Source of the DNA: Acidobacteriota bacterium
GTDB lineage: Bacteria; Acidobacteriota; Thermoanaerobaculia; Gp7-AA8
NCBI GenBank assembly: GCA_019244185.1
Contig: JAFATB010000019.1
Span: forward strand, 64,001 to 128,000
DNA: 64,000 bases
Direction of reading: 5' to 3'
The position numbers and the translations under genes are program-made. Of this stretch, positions 17,819-28,328 are shown in pieces. The notes under the pieces are model-generated. The model searched no databases and was not told the DNA's origin. It saw only the letters and a list, made by a program, of their open reading frames with translations. Position 1 is the first letter of the stretch. Each line of letters opens with the position of its first letter.

Positions 17819-19232
17819 CTTCATCAACGGCACCTTCGTCCCCCCGCGCGCGAACGCCTACCTCGACGACGTCGAGCCCGCCACCGGCGAAGTGCTCGCG
17901 CACGTTCCCGACTCCGACAGTCAAGATGTTGACGATGCCGTGCGCGCGGCGAAGGCGGCGTTCCCCGCGTGGGCGGCGATGCACGCCGAGCAGCGCAGCC
18001 GGTTGCTGCTGAAGCTCGCGGAGCTCATCGAACAGAACCTCGACGAGCTCGCGCAACTCGAGAGCCGCGACAACGGCAAGTCGGTCTCGCTCGCGCGGCG
18101 GCTGGACATCCCGCGCGCGGTGGCGAACTTCCGTTTCTTCGCCACGGCCATCCTGCATCACGCCAGCGAGGCGCACATCGCCGACGGGCACGCGCTCAAC
18201 TACACGCTGCGCCAGCCGATCGGCATTGCGGGTCTGATCTCGCCGTGGAACCTGCCGCTGTATCTGCTGTCGTGGAAGATCGCGCCTGCGCTCGCGTGCG
18301 GCAATACGTGCGTGGCCAAGCCTTCCGAGCTGACGCCGTTGACGGCGCAGCGGCTCGCGGAGCTTTCGCTCGATGCCGGCATTCCGCCGGGCGTCCTCAA
18401 CATCGTGCACGGCTACGGCGCGAAAGCCGGCGCCGCGCTCTGCGAACACCCCGACGTGCCGCTGATCTCGTTCACGGGCGGCACCGTCACCGGCGCGAAG
18501 GTCGCCGCAACCGCGGCGCCGAAATTCAAGAAGCTCTCGCTGGAGCTCGGCGGCAAGAACCCGAACCTCATCTTCGCCGACGCCGATCTCGACGAAGCCG
18601 TGTCGACGTCGATCCGCTCGAGCTTCTGGAATCAGGGCGAGATCTGTCTCTGCGGCTCGCGCATCTTCGTCGAGCGCTCGATCTACGACGCGTTCCTCGA
18701 ACGCTTCGTGGCCGCGACGAAGCAGCTGCGCATCGGCGATCCGGCCGATCCACAAACCGATGTCGGCGCGCTGATCAGCGCCGCGCACCTCGAGAAAGTC
18801 ACCGGCTATCTCCGCCTCGCCGAAGAAGAAGGCGGCACGATCGTCACCGGCGGCAAGCGCGTCGATCGTCCCGGCTTCTTTCTCGAGCCCGCGGTGATCA
18901 CGGGCCTCGGCTGCGACTGCCGCGTCCTGCAGGAAGAGATCTTCGGACCCGTCGTCACCATCACGCCGTTCGACGCGGAAGACGACGCGATCGCGTTCGC
19001 GAACTCGACGCGCTACGGACTTTCGGCAACAGTGTGGACGCGCGATCTGCAGCGCGCGCATCGCGTCGCGGCGAAGCTCGACGCCGGCACGATCTGGATC
19101 AACTGCTGGCTATTGCGCGATCTGCGCGTGCCGTTCGGCGGCGTCAAAGACAGCGGCGTGGGACGCGAGGGCGGCGTCGATTCACTGCATTTTTTCACCG
19201 AGCCGAAGAACATCTGTGTGAAGCTGTCCTGA
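17805..19232 (+). CDS. amnC: 2-aminomuconate/2-hydroxymuconate 6-semialdehyde dehydrogenase-like ALDH
   Basis: ISPWNLPL, SFTGGT, LELGGKNP, NQGEICLC, EEIFGP, WINCWLLRDLRVPFGG (ALDH8/HMSADH-type C-terminus); aminophenol pathway context. Confidence 0.85.
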   Translation: MRLANFINGTFVPPRANAYLDDVEPATGEVLAHVPDSDSQDVDDAVRAAKAAFPAWAAMHAEQRSRLLLKLAELIEQNLDELAQLESRDNGKSVSLARRLDIPRAVANFRFFATAILHHASEAHIADGHALNYTLRQPIGIAGLISPWNLPLYLLSWKIAPALACGNTCVAKPSELTPLTAQRLAELSLDAGIPPGVLNIVHGYGAKAGAALCEHPDVPLISFTGGTVTGAKVAATAAPKFKKLSLELGGKNPNLIFADADLDEAVSTSIRSSFWNQGEICLCGSRIFVERSIYDAFLERFVAATKQLRIGDPADPQTDVGALISAAHLEKVTGYLRLAEEEGGTIVTGGKRVDRPGFFLEPAVITGLGCDCRVLQEEIFGPVVTITPFDAEDDAIAFANSTRYGLSATVWTRDLQRAHRVAAKLDAGTIWINCWLLRDLRVPFGGVKDSGVGREGGVDSLHFFTEPKNICVKLS

Positions 19233-20500
19233 TGGACGAGCTCGATTCGCAGAGCATTCGCTGGCATCCGGCCACGCGCGTCCTCTTCCGCTTCGCCTTC
19301 GCCTTCTTCGTCCTCATCAACGCGCCGTTCCCGCTCGACTACATCCCGGGTGTCGGCAGCGCGTGGATGAAGATGTGGCAGGCGGCGGTGCCCGTGATCG
19401 CCGAGCGCGTCTTCCGCGTGAAGACGCCGATGCTGCCGAACGGCAGCGGCGACACGACGTGGAACTGGGTCCAGATCGCGACGATGCTCGCCGTCGCGCT
19501 CCTCGTCACGATCGTCTGGAGCGTCCTCGATCGCCGCCGCACGCAGTACACGTGGCTGCACGAGGCGCTGCGCATCTACGTCCGCTTCGCGCTCGCGCTC
19601 ACGATGATCTTCTACGGCATGGACAAGGTGATGGTGGCGCAGTTCCCGCCGCCGTCGCTCGAGAAGCTCGCGCAGCTGTACGGCGACTCCTCGCCGATGG
19701 GCGTGCTGTGGGCTTTCATGGGCTACTCGAACGCGTATCAATGTCTCACCGGACTCGTGGAAACCGTCGCCGGCATCCTGCTCACGTTCCGCCGCACGAC
19801 GCTCCTCGGCGCCTGCGTCTCGATCATCGCGATGACGAACGTCGTTGCGCTGAATTTCTTCTTCGACGTGCCGGTGAAGATCTACTCGTCCGAGCTCCTG
19901 CTGATGGCGGTCTTTCTCACCGTACGCGATCTGCCGCGGCTCGCGCGTTTCTTTCTCGATCAGCCCGCCGACGCGCCGCCACCGCCGCCGCTGCGCATGC
20001 GTCCGTGGGTGCGCCTCACGGCGATCGTCGTGCGCAACGTGCTCATCGCGCTCTACATCTACCAGTGCGTCGAGCACGTCCACGACATCCGCAAGTACAT
20101 GGAAGTGGGCCTCGAGTCGCCGCTGCGCGGCGTATGGAACGTCGACGAGCTCGTGTTCGACGGCAAGCCGCGCCCGCCGCTGACGACCGACTTCACGCGC
20201 TGGCGCCGCGTGGTCATCGACCGTCCCGGCTTTCTCTCGATCTACTCGATGGAAGACAAACGGCAGCGCTTCACGGCCAAAGTCGACGAGAAGAAGCAGA
20301 CCATCGACGTCGAAGACCGCGACAACGCGAGCGTGAAGTTCACGCTGCACTACCAGCGTCCCGCGCGCGACGTGCTGGTGCTCGACACGAACGCGCTGGG
20401 TCACGCGATCCACGCGACGTGCAGGCGCCGCGCGGACCAGAACTTCTTCCTGGTCACGCGCGGCTTCCACTGGGTCAACGAACAGCCGCTGAATCGCTAG
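19232..20500 (+). CDS. DoxX-like multi-pass membrane protein
   Basis: NGSGDTT, YG..K...QF..P, SPMGVLWAFMGYS, FDVPVK, RGFHWVNE; several TM helices. Confidence 0.75.
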   Translation: MDELDSQSIRWHPATRVLFRFAFAFFVLINAPFPLDYIPGVGSAWMKMWQAAVPVIAERVFRVKTPMLPNGSGDTTWNWVQIATMLAVALLVTIVWSVLDRRRTQYTWLHEALRIYVRFALALTMIFYGMDKVMVAQFPPPSLEKLAQLYGDSSPMGVLWAFMGYSNAYQCLTGLVETVAGILLTFRRTTLLGACVSIIAMTNVVALNFFFDVPVKIYSSELLLMAVFLTVRDLPRLARFFLDQPADAPPPPPLRMRPWVRLTAIVVRNVLIALYIYQCVEHVHDIRKYMEVGLESPLRGVWNVDELVFDGKPRPPLTTDFTRWRRVVIDRPGFLSIYSMEDKRQRFTAKVDEKKQTIDVEDRDNASVKFTLHYQRPARDVLVLDTNALGHAIHATCRRRADQNFFLVTRGFHWVNEQPLNR

Positions 20501-20507
20501 CGTCGAT

Positions 20508-22602
<2,095 letters not shown>

Positions 22603-22651
22603 TGCGCGCGCGCCAGTTGACCTGCCGCGACGCGTCGCGCATTCTGCGCCG

Positions 22652-24076
22652 GTGATTCAGAAGGCGTACATCGTTCCGGGCCAGCCGCATCCGCTCCTCG
22701 CGCCGGAGAAAAATGCCGGATGGGCGTCGCTGCGGCGCAGCTACGAGGCCGTCGGGAAGGAAATCGAGCGTTCCGGAGCGGAGCTGATCCTGCTTTATTC
22801 GACGCAGTGGTTCTCCGTCATCGGGCATCTCTTCCAGATCGACCCGAAGCCGAAGTGGACGCTCGTCGATCAGAACTGGTACGCGCTCGGCGAGATCCCG
22901 TACGAGTTCCGCATCGAACCGGAGTTCGGCAAGCTCTACGCGCGCCTGTGCAAAGAGCACGGCATGCAGGCGGCGACGGTCGCGTATCACGGCTTCCCGA
23001 TCGACACCGGCACTGTCGTCGCGCTGAAGCTTCTCAACCCGAACAACGCCATCCCCGCGTCGGTCGTCTCGTGCAACATCTACGCGGAGCGCGAGGAAAC
23101 GCGCGCGCTGGGATTCGCCGCGCGTGCCGCGATCGAGGCGTACGGCAAGAAGACGATCGTCGTCTGCGTGACGAATCTCTCGAACCGTTACGAGGTCGCG
23201 GACATCGATCCCGCGCACGACCGCATCTCGTCGCAGAAAGACGACGAGTGGAACCGCAAGATCCTGGAGATGTTCGGCGAGGGTCGGCTCGAAGACGTCG
23301 CGCAGGTCGCCCGCGACTTCGCGCGCGAGGCCAACGCCGACATGAACTTCAAGGCGATCTGGTGGCTCGGCGCGGTGATGGGCGAGCACAACAAGTACGA
23401 CGGCAAGGTGTGGGATTACCAGCCGGTGTGGGGTACCGGCAACGCCATCGTCGAGCTCACGCCGAACGACCGCAAGCAGATGGACTGGGAGAAGGAGTTC
23501 GACGAGGGACCGGTCCCGGAGTTCGCGGCGGGCGGTACCGGACTCGAGTCGCATAACGTGCTCGCCGAAGGGCCGGACGTGCACCGGCAGAGCGAGCTCT
23601 CGTCGCAGGACGATTACGGCGGCGCCGCGCCCGCGTCCTCGCAGACGGCTGCTGCAGCGCAGCCGCCGCAGATCATCCGCAGCGAACGCGCGCCGAAGCC
23701 GGTGGGGCCGTATCCGCACGCGCGCCGCGTCGGCGACTTTCTCTTCCTCTCCGGCATCGGTCCGCGCACGCCGGGCACGAACGAGATCCCCGGCCTGCTG
23801 CGCGACGGTGCGGGCAGCGTCATCGGCCACGACATCGACGTCCAGACGCGCGCGTGCATCGAGAACGTGAAGACGATCCTCGAGGAAGCGGGCAGCTCGC
23901 TCGCGAAGGTGCTCGACGTGACGGTGTATCTCACCGACATGCAGGGCGACTTCGCGCGCTTCAACGAGGTCTACGCGGAATACTTCGGCACGATCCAGCC
24001 GACGCGCACGACCGTCGGCGTCGACTCGCTGCCGACGCCGATCGCGGTCGAGTTGAAGGTCATCGCCGCGGCGTGA
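22652..24076 (+). CDS. Fusion of 2-aminophenol 1,6-dioxygenase alpha subunit and RidA-family 2-aminomuconate deaminase
   Basis: N-domain YSTQW, VDQNWY, Y.GFPIDTGT, GTGNAIVE (AmnA/CnbCa-like); linker of about 70 aa; C-domain APKPVGPYPHARRVGDFLFLSGIGPR...PTRTT...LPTPIAVELK. One uninterrupted ORF. Confidence 0.88.
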   Translation: MIQKAYIVPGQPHPLLAPEKNAGWASLRRSYEAVGKEIERSGAELILLYSTQWFSVIGHLFQIDPKPKWTLVDQNWYALGEIPYEFRIEPEFGKLYARLCKEHGMQAATVAYHGFPIDTGTVVALKLLNPNNAIPASVVSCNIYAEREETRALGFAARAAIEAYGKKTIVVCVTNLSNRYEVADIDPAHDRISSQKDDEWNRKILEMFGEGRLEDVAQVARDFAREANADMNFKAIWWLGAVMGEHNKYDGKVWDYQPVWGTGNAIVELTPNDRKQMDWEKEFDEGPVPEFAAGGTGLESHNVLAEGPDVHRQSELSSQDDYGGAAPASSQTAAAAQPPQIIRSERAPKPVGPYPHARRVGDFLFLSGIGPRTPGTNEIPGLLRDGAGSVIGHDIDVQTRACIENVKTILEEAGSSLAKVLDVTVYLTDMQGDFARFNEVYAEYFGTIQPTRTTVGVDSLPTPIAVELKVIAAA

Positions 24077-24080
24077 GCGC

Positions 24081-25148
24081 TCACGACGCGCGCGTCGAGT
24101 CGTAGGCGGTCATGAGCCGCTCGGCCGCGCGCGGGTAGCCGAACTCCAGCGAGCGCTGGTACACCGCGCGCCGCAGCGGCTCGGGCTCGCGCGCGAGAAG
24201 GTCGGCGGCGAGCGCGGCGAGGGCGCCCGGCGCCGCGGCGCTCGCCACGTGTGCGCGGCCGGTGAGCGCGAGGACGCCTTCGATTGGATAGACGGCCGGC
24301 GGCACGCCGCACGCCATCGCCTCGAGCACGGCGCGATGACCTTCGTCGGAGCCGCGCGCGGTGAAGAAGAGCAGATCCGCGGCGCGGTAATGCTCGGCGA
24401 GATCGTCCTCGTGATAGCCGGCCCAGAGCACATCATCCGCGACGCCGAGCTCGCGAGAGAGCGTTTCCAGCGCCGGCCGATGCTCGCCGTGGCCGATGAT
24501 CATCAGGCGCACCTTCGTCGTCGACGCGCGCAACTCCGCGAACGTCCGCAGCGCGTCTTCGAAGCCGCGTCCCGCGGAGAGCTTGCCGATCACGGTGACG
24601 AGCTTCGTTTCCGGCGCGATGCCGTACTGCGCGCGCACGTCGCCGCCCGCGGGCGTGAACTGCCGGTGATCGAGCGGCGGCGGCGTGAAGGTGACCTCGC
24701 GCCCGCCGAAGACCGGCGCGCCGAGGAACGCGTCGTTGATCGCGAAGAGATGCGCGGTGCGCGCGATGAGCGAGCGCGTGAAGACGTCCGAGCGCAGCAC
24801 GCGCCGCGCGTGGAACGTGCGCGCGAGCCGCAGGCGCGGATGGTTGCGCGAGACGGCGCGCGCGAGCCAGTGGTCGTAGGTGAGATGCGCGTGCAGGACG
24901 TCGAAGCCGTGCTGGTGGACCATCCGGTCGAGCGCGCCGAGGGAGCGGACGAACGTCATCGGGTTCTGCGCCTTCTCGATGAGCGGATGCGCGAAGTCGT
25001 GATGCTCGAGCTTCGCCTGCAGCTTGTAGCCGCCGACGTACGCGTAGTGCGCGTCGACGCCGGCCGCGCGCAAGGCTTCGACTTCGGCGAAGGCCGGTGC
25101 CGCGGCGCCGGTCCAGCGGTTGCCCGCGGCGAGATGGAGAACGCGCAT
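24081..25148 (-). CDS. Glycosyltransferase family 4
   Basis: MRVLHL, DVLHAH, IGKL, LEAMACGVP. Confidence 0.85.
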   Translation of the reverse strand: MRVLHLAAGNRWTGAAAPAFAEVEALRAAGVDAHYAYVGGYKLQAKLEHHDFAHPLIEKAQNPMTFVRSLGALDRMVHQHGFDVLHAHLTYDHWLARAVSRNHPRLRLARTFHARRVLRSDVFTRSLIARTAHLFAINDAFLGAPVFGGREVTFTPPPLDHRQFTPAGGDVRAQYGIAPETKLVTVIGKLSAGRGFEDALRTFAELRASTTKVRLMIIGHGEHRPALETLSRELGVADDVLWAGYHEDDLAEHYRAADLLFFTARGSDEGHRAVLEAMACGVPPAVYPIEGVLALTGRAHVASAAAPGALAALAADLLAREPEPLRRAVYQRSLEFGYPRAAERLMTAYDSTRAS

Positions 25149-25170
25149 GTTTTGCTATAGTTCGCGCGCC

Positions 25171-25410
25171 ATGGCCGTCGACGCCGAACTCCTCGAGATT
25201 CTAGCCTGCCCGCTCTGCAAGCAGGAGGTGAAGCTCGTCCCGCTGACGCCGGCGCGCGCCACCGCCGTGCGCGACAAGTTCCGCGAGAAGTTCCGCGGCG
25301 AAGAGCCGGTCGTCGAACAGGGGCTGCAGTGCGTCAAGTGCGGCCGCGTGTATCCGATCGTCAGCGACATCCCCGTGATGCTCGTTGAAGAAGCTTTCGA
25401 AGAGGCGTGA
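25171..25410 (+). CDS. Trm112/YcaR-like protein
   Basis: LLEILACPLCK...CVKCGRVYPIVSDIPVML; extended -10 TGcTATAGT upstream. Confidence 0.85.
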   Translation: MAVDAELLEILACPLCKQEVKLVPLTPARATAVRDKFREKFRGEEPVVEQGLQCVKCGRVYPIVSDIPVMLVEEAFEEA

Positions 25411-26627
25411 ATCCTCGCGTCAACGAAGGCGCGAATCGTTCGGCGCTGCTCGCCTGGGCGTGCGGCCTCTATCTCGCGCACATCCTTCTGCAAGGAAAAA
25501 TCGCACTCTCCGAGCTGAGCGCGTTCTGGGCGATCTTCTGCCTCGGCTGGGCCATCGCCCGCGGCGAGGCGCGCTTCTCGTTTCACATCCTCTACTACCC
25601 GCTCCTCGTGTACGGCGCCGCGTCGACGCTTTCCGCGCTCGCGGCCTCGCGCCGCATCCATCAGGGCGCCGAAGGGATGCTCTGGTTCAAGATGCTGATC
25701 TTCCCGGCGGCGCTGATCCTCTTCCGCCACTTCCCGAAGCTGCGCGAGCGGACGATCTGGGCGCACGCGATCTTCGCGGCCGGCATCGCCACGTGGGGAC
25801 TCTTCCAGTTCGTCTTCCTCGACCGGCGCGATCTCGAGCATCGCATTCAGGGTCCGTCGACGCACGTCATGACGTTCTCGGGCCTCCTGCTCCCGCTCTC
25901 GCTCATGTTCCTGCTCCTCTGGTGGCACGAGCGGAAGCCGTGGCAGCTCGTGGTCACGCTCGTGGTCACGCTGACGCTGCTCCTCACGTTCACGCGCAGC
26001 GTCTGGCTCGGCTGGGTCGCCGCCGCGGCGACGGTGCTGCTGATGACGCGCGCCCGCGCGCGCATCGCGCTCTACGCGCTGCCGGTGCTGATCCTCTTCG
26101 TCACGTTCCTGCCGCTGTCGCTCTTCAGCCGCCTGATGTCGACGTTCGACACGAGCCAGTCGTCGAACTTCGACCGCATCCGCATGGTCGAAGCCGGCGT
26201 CGAGATGATCCGCGACCACCCTCTCCTCGGCGTCGGTCCCGCGAACGTGAAAGAGGTGTATCCGCTCTATCGCAGACAGGACGCGCCGCGGCCGCGGCCG
26301 CCGCATCTCCACAACAACGTCGTGCAGCTGTGGGCCGAACGCGGCATCCTCGGGCTCGCCGCGTACGTGCTGCTGCTCACGCTCTTCCTGCGTGAATGCG
26401 CGCGGGCGCGGCGCGGACCGCAGCGCATGTGGGGAGAGATCGGCATCGCCGTGGCCGTCAGCCTCACGGTGGCGGGACTCTTCGAGTTCAACTTCGGGGA
26501 TACCGAGGTGTTTTATCTGATGCTCAACCTCTTCGCGCTCGTGGTCGCTTCGAGCGAAGAGCTCGCCGAGCAGCCTGAGCCGCGGACGAATGAACTGCGG
26601 ACACCGCTTGTTGCCACGAGCGCGTAA
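25407..26627 (+). CDS. O-antigen ligase family membrane protein
   Basis: Many TM helices, TFTRS.W, DHPLLGVG, HLHNN..Q..AERGILG. Confidence 0.87.
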   Translation: MNPRVNEGANRSALLAWACGLYLAHILLQGKIALSELSAFWAIFCLGWAIARGEARFSFHILYYPLLVYGAASTLSALAASRRIHQGAEGMLWFKMLIFPAALILFRHFPKLRERTIWAHAIFAAGIATWGLFQFVFLDRRDLEHRIQGPSTHVMTFSGLLLPLSLMFLLLWWHERKPWQLVVTLVVTLTLLLTFTRSVWLGWVAAAATVLLMTRARARIALYALPVLILFVTFLPLSLFSRLMSTFDTSQSSNFDRIRMVEAGVEMIRDHPLLGVGPANVKEVYPLYRRQDAPRPRPPHLHNNVVQLWAERGILGLAAYVLLLTLFLRECARARRGPQRMWGEIGIAVAVSLTVAGLFEFNFGDTEVFYLMLNLFALVVASSEELAEQPEPRTNELRTPLVATSA

Positions 26628-26632
26628 CCGCA

Positions 26633-26660
26633 GAACCTTTCGTCCCATGGGTCCGTCGAA
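26633..26660 (+). promoter_or_regulatory. Putative autoregulatory ECF promoter GAAC-N17-CGTC
   Basis: GAAC 26633-26636, CGTCGAA 26654-26660, directly upstream of the ECF sigma gene. Confidence 0.6.
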
Positions 26661-26679
26661 GAGCAGAGAAATCGGGGAG

Positions 26680-27261
26680 ATGAAGCACCTGAGCGATCAG
26701 GAGTTGATGCGCATCGTTCAGGGCGGCGACTACTCCCCCGCGTCGGAGATCTACGACCGCTACAGCGGCAGGATCTACAACTTCGCCTTCCGCTTTCTGA
26801 AGAACGCGGAGGCGGCGGAAGACGCGACTCAGGAAGTCTTCGTCAAGATGCTCAGGTACGCGAACCAGTTTCACGGCGACGCCAAGTTGTCGACATGGCT
26901 CTTCTCGATCACGGCGAACTGGTGCCGCGATTACCTGCGCAAGGCGGACAACCGGAACAAGGAATCGGAAGAAGTGCTGATCAGTCTGCCGGCGTCGAGC
27001 GAGCACGCGCCGGACCGGAATCTCGAACAGCGCGAGAACGAACAGCGGGTCCGCCGCGCGCTCGAGGCGCTCACGCCCGAACAGCGCGAGGCCATCCTGC
27101 TGTCGCGGTATCAGGGACTGTCGTACGCCGAGATCGCGCAGATCGCCGGCTGCTCGGAAGGCGCCGTGAAAACGCGCGTCTTCCGCGCCATGGAAACGCT
27201 CAAACGCACGCTCACCGCTGAGGCGAGCGGAGGTGACCGATGTCTGAATGTAGTGCCGTGA
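26680..27261 (+). CDS. ECF RNA polymerase sigma factor
   Basis: AEDATQEVF, STWLFSITAN, GLSYAEIA...GAVKTRVFRA; GGGGAG upstream. Confidence 0.93.
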   Translation: MKHLSDQELMRIVQGGDYSPASEIYDRYSGRIYNFAFRFLKNAEAAEDATQEVFVKMLRYANQFHGDAKLSTWLFSITANWCRDYLRKADNRNKESEEVLISLPASSEHAPDRNLEQRENEQRVRRALEALTPEQREAILLSRYQGLSYAEIAQIAGCSEGAVKTRVFRAMETLKRTLTAEASGGDRCLNVVP

Positions 27262-28328
27262 ACGAGAGCATGCCGCTGCTGCTCACCGAGTCGCTCGACG
27301 CGCAGCGGCGGGAGCTCGCGCACCAGCACATCGAAAGCTGCGCCGTCTGCGGCGAGGAGTGGAGCGCCTTCAAAGAGACGTGGGCCACGCTCGGCGACCT
27401 GCCGGAAGTCGAGGTGCCGCCGCGCGTGCGCGCGCGCTTCCTCGAACGCGCCGGACTCGCCGAACGAGACGACGTCGGCGAGCTCGTGCCGATGCCGGCG
27501 CGGACGCCGGAGCCGGTGCGCGAACGCGAGCGCGACAACGTCGTGCCGTTCCATCGCCGCTCCGCGTTCAAGTGGGTCGCGCAGGCCGCGGCCGTCGTCG
27601 TGCTCGCCGGCGGCGGCTACCTCGCCGGACATCGCAGCGCGCCGATTCTGCCGACGACCGACGCGCAGCTGACGAGCGTCACGCCGCGGACGCAGCGCGT
27701 CGCCGACGTGCGTCCGATGTCGATCGCGGAGACGCGCGTCATCGACGCCGACGCGGTGAGCCCGATCATCGAAGGCCGTCCGAACATCGCCAACGTGCAG
27801 CTCGTCGACTCCGACGCCAGCGACAACCAGATCGGCGTCGCGTTCGACATCACCTCGCGCTGGACCGTCACCGGCAGCCCGAAGGACAAGAGCATGGTGC
27901 GCCTGCTGTCGTACATGCTCGAGAACGAAGGCGCGATCTCGCCGCGCTCGAACGCCATGGAGTGGGTGCGCCGCACGTACTCCGATCCGCAGAACGCGAA
28001 CCCCGAGATCGCCAACGCTCTCGCCAAGGTGCTGCGCAGCAGCGACTCGCACGAGGGCGTGCGCATCCGCGCCGTCGAGACGCTGACGAACCTGCCGCCC
28101 GCGGTGGCCACGCAGACGCGCGACGCGCTCATCAGCGCGCTCCAGAGCGATCCGAATCCGGCCGTGCGCATCAAGGCCGTCGAAGCGCTCGCGAACATGG
28201 CCCGCAGCGGCGCCGTCCTCGATCAGACCACCGTCGACACCCTGCGCAGCAAGGCCGCGCAGGATGACGAGAACCTCTACGTCCGCGTGAAAGCCGCGGA
28301 AGCTCTGAGCAACCTCAAGCCGGAATGA
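27240..28328 (+). CDS. Zinc-finger anti-sigma factor with TM helix and periplasmic HEAT-like repeats
   Basis: HIESCAVC (HxxxCxxC), TM helix, three VR.[KR]A.E.L HEAT-like repeats. Confidence 0.85.
   Translation: MSECSAVNESMPLLLTESLDAQRRELAHQHIESCAVCGEEWSAFKETWATLGDLPEVEVPPRVRARFLERAGLAERDDVGELVPMPARTPEPVRERERDNVVPFHRRSAFKWVAQAAAVVVLAGGGYLAGHRSAPILPTTDAQLTSVTPRTQRVADVRPMSIAETRVIDADAVSPIIEGRPNIANVQLVDSDASDNQIGVAFDITSRWTVTGSPKDKSMVRLLSYMLENEGAISPRSNAMEWVRRTYSDPQNANPEIANALAKVLRSSDSHEGVRIRAVETLTNLPPAVATQTRDALISALQSDPNPAVRIKAVEALANMARSGAVLDQTTVDTLRSKAAQDDENLYVRVKAAEALSNLKPE

Noticed and set aside
17969-20500. 843-aa ORF, and the 1042-aa ORF at 41208-44336, as large fusions
   Set aside because: The N-terminal parts are off-frame overlaps of the upstream genes; real starts are 19232 and 42471.
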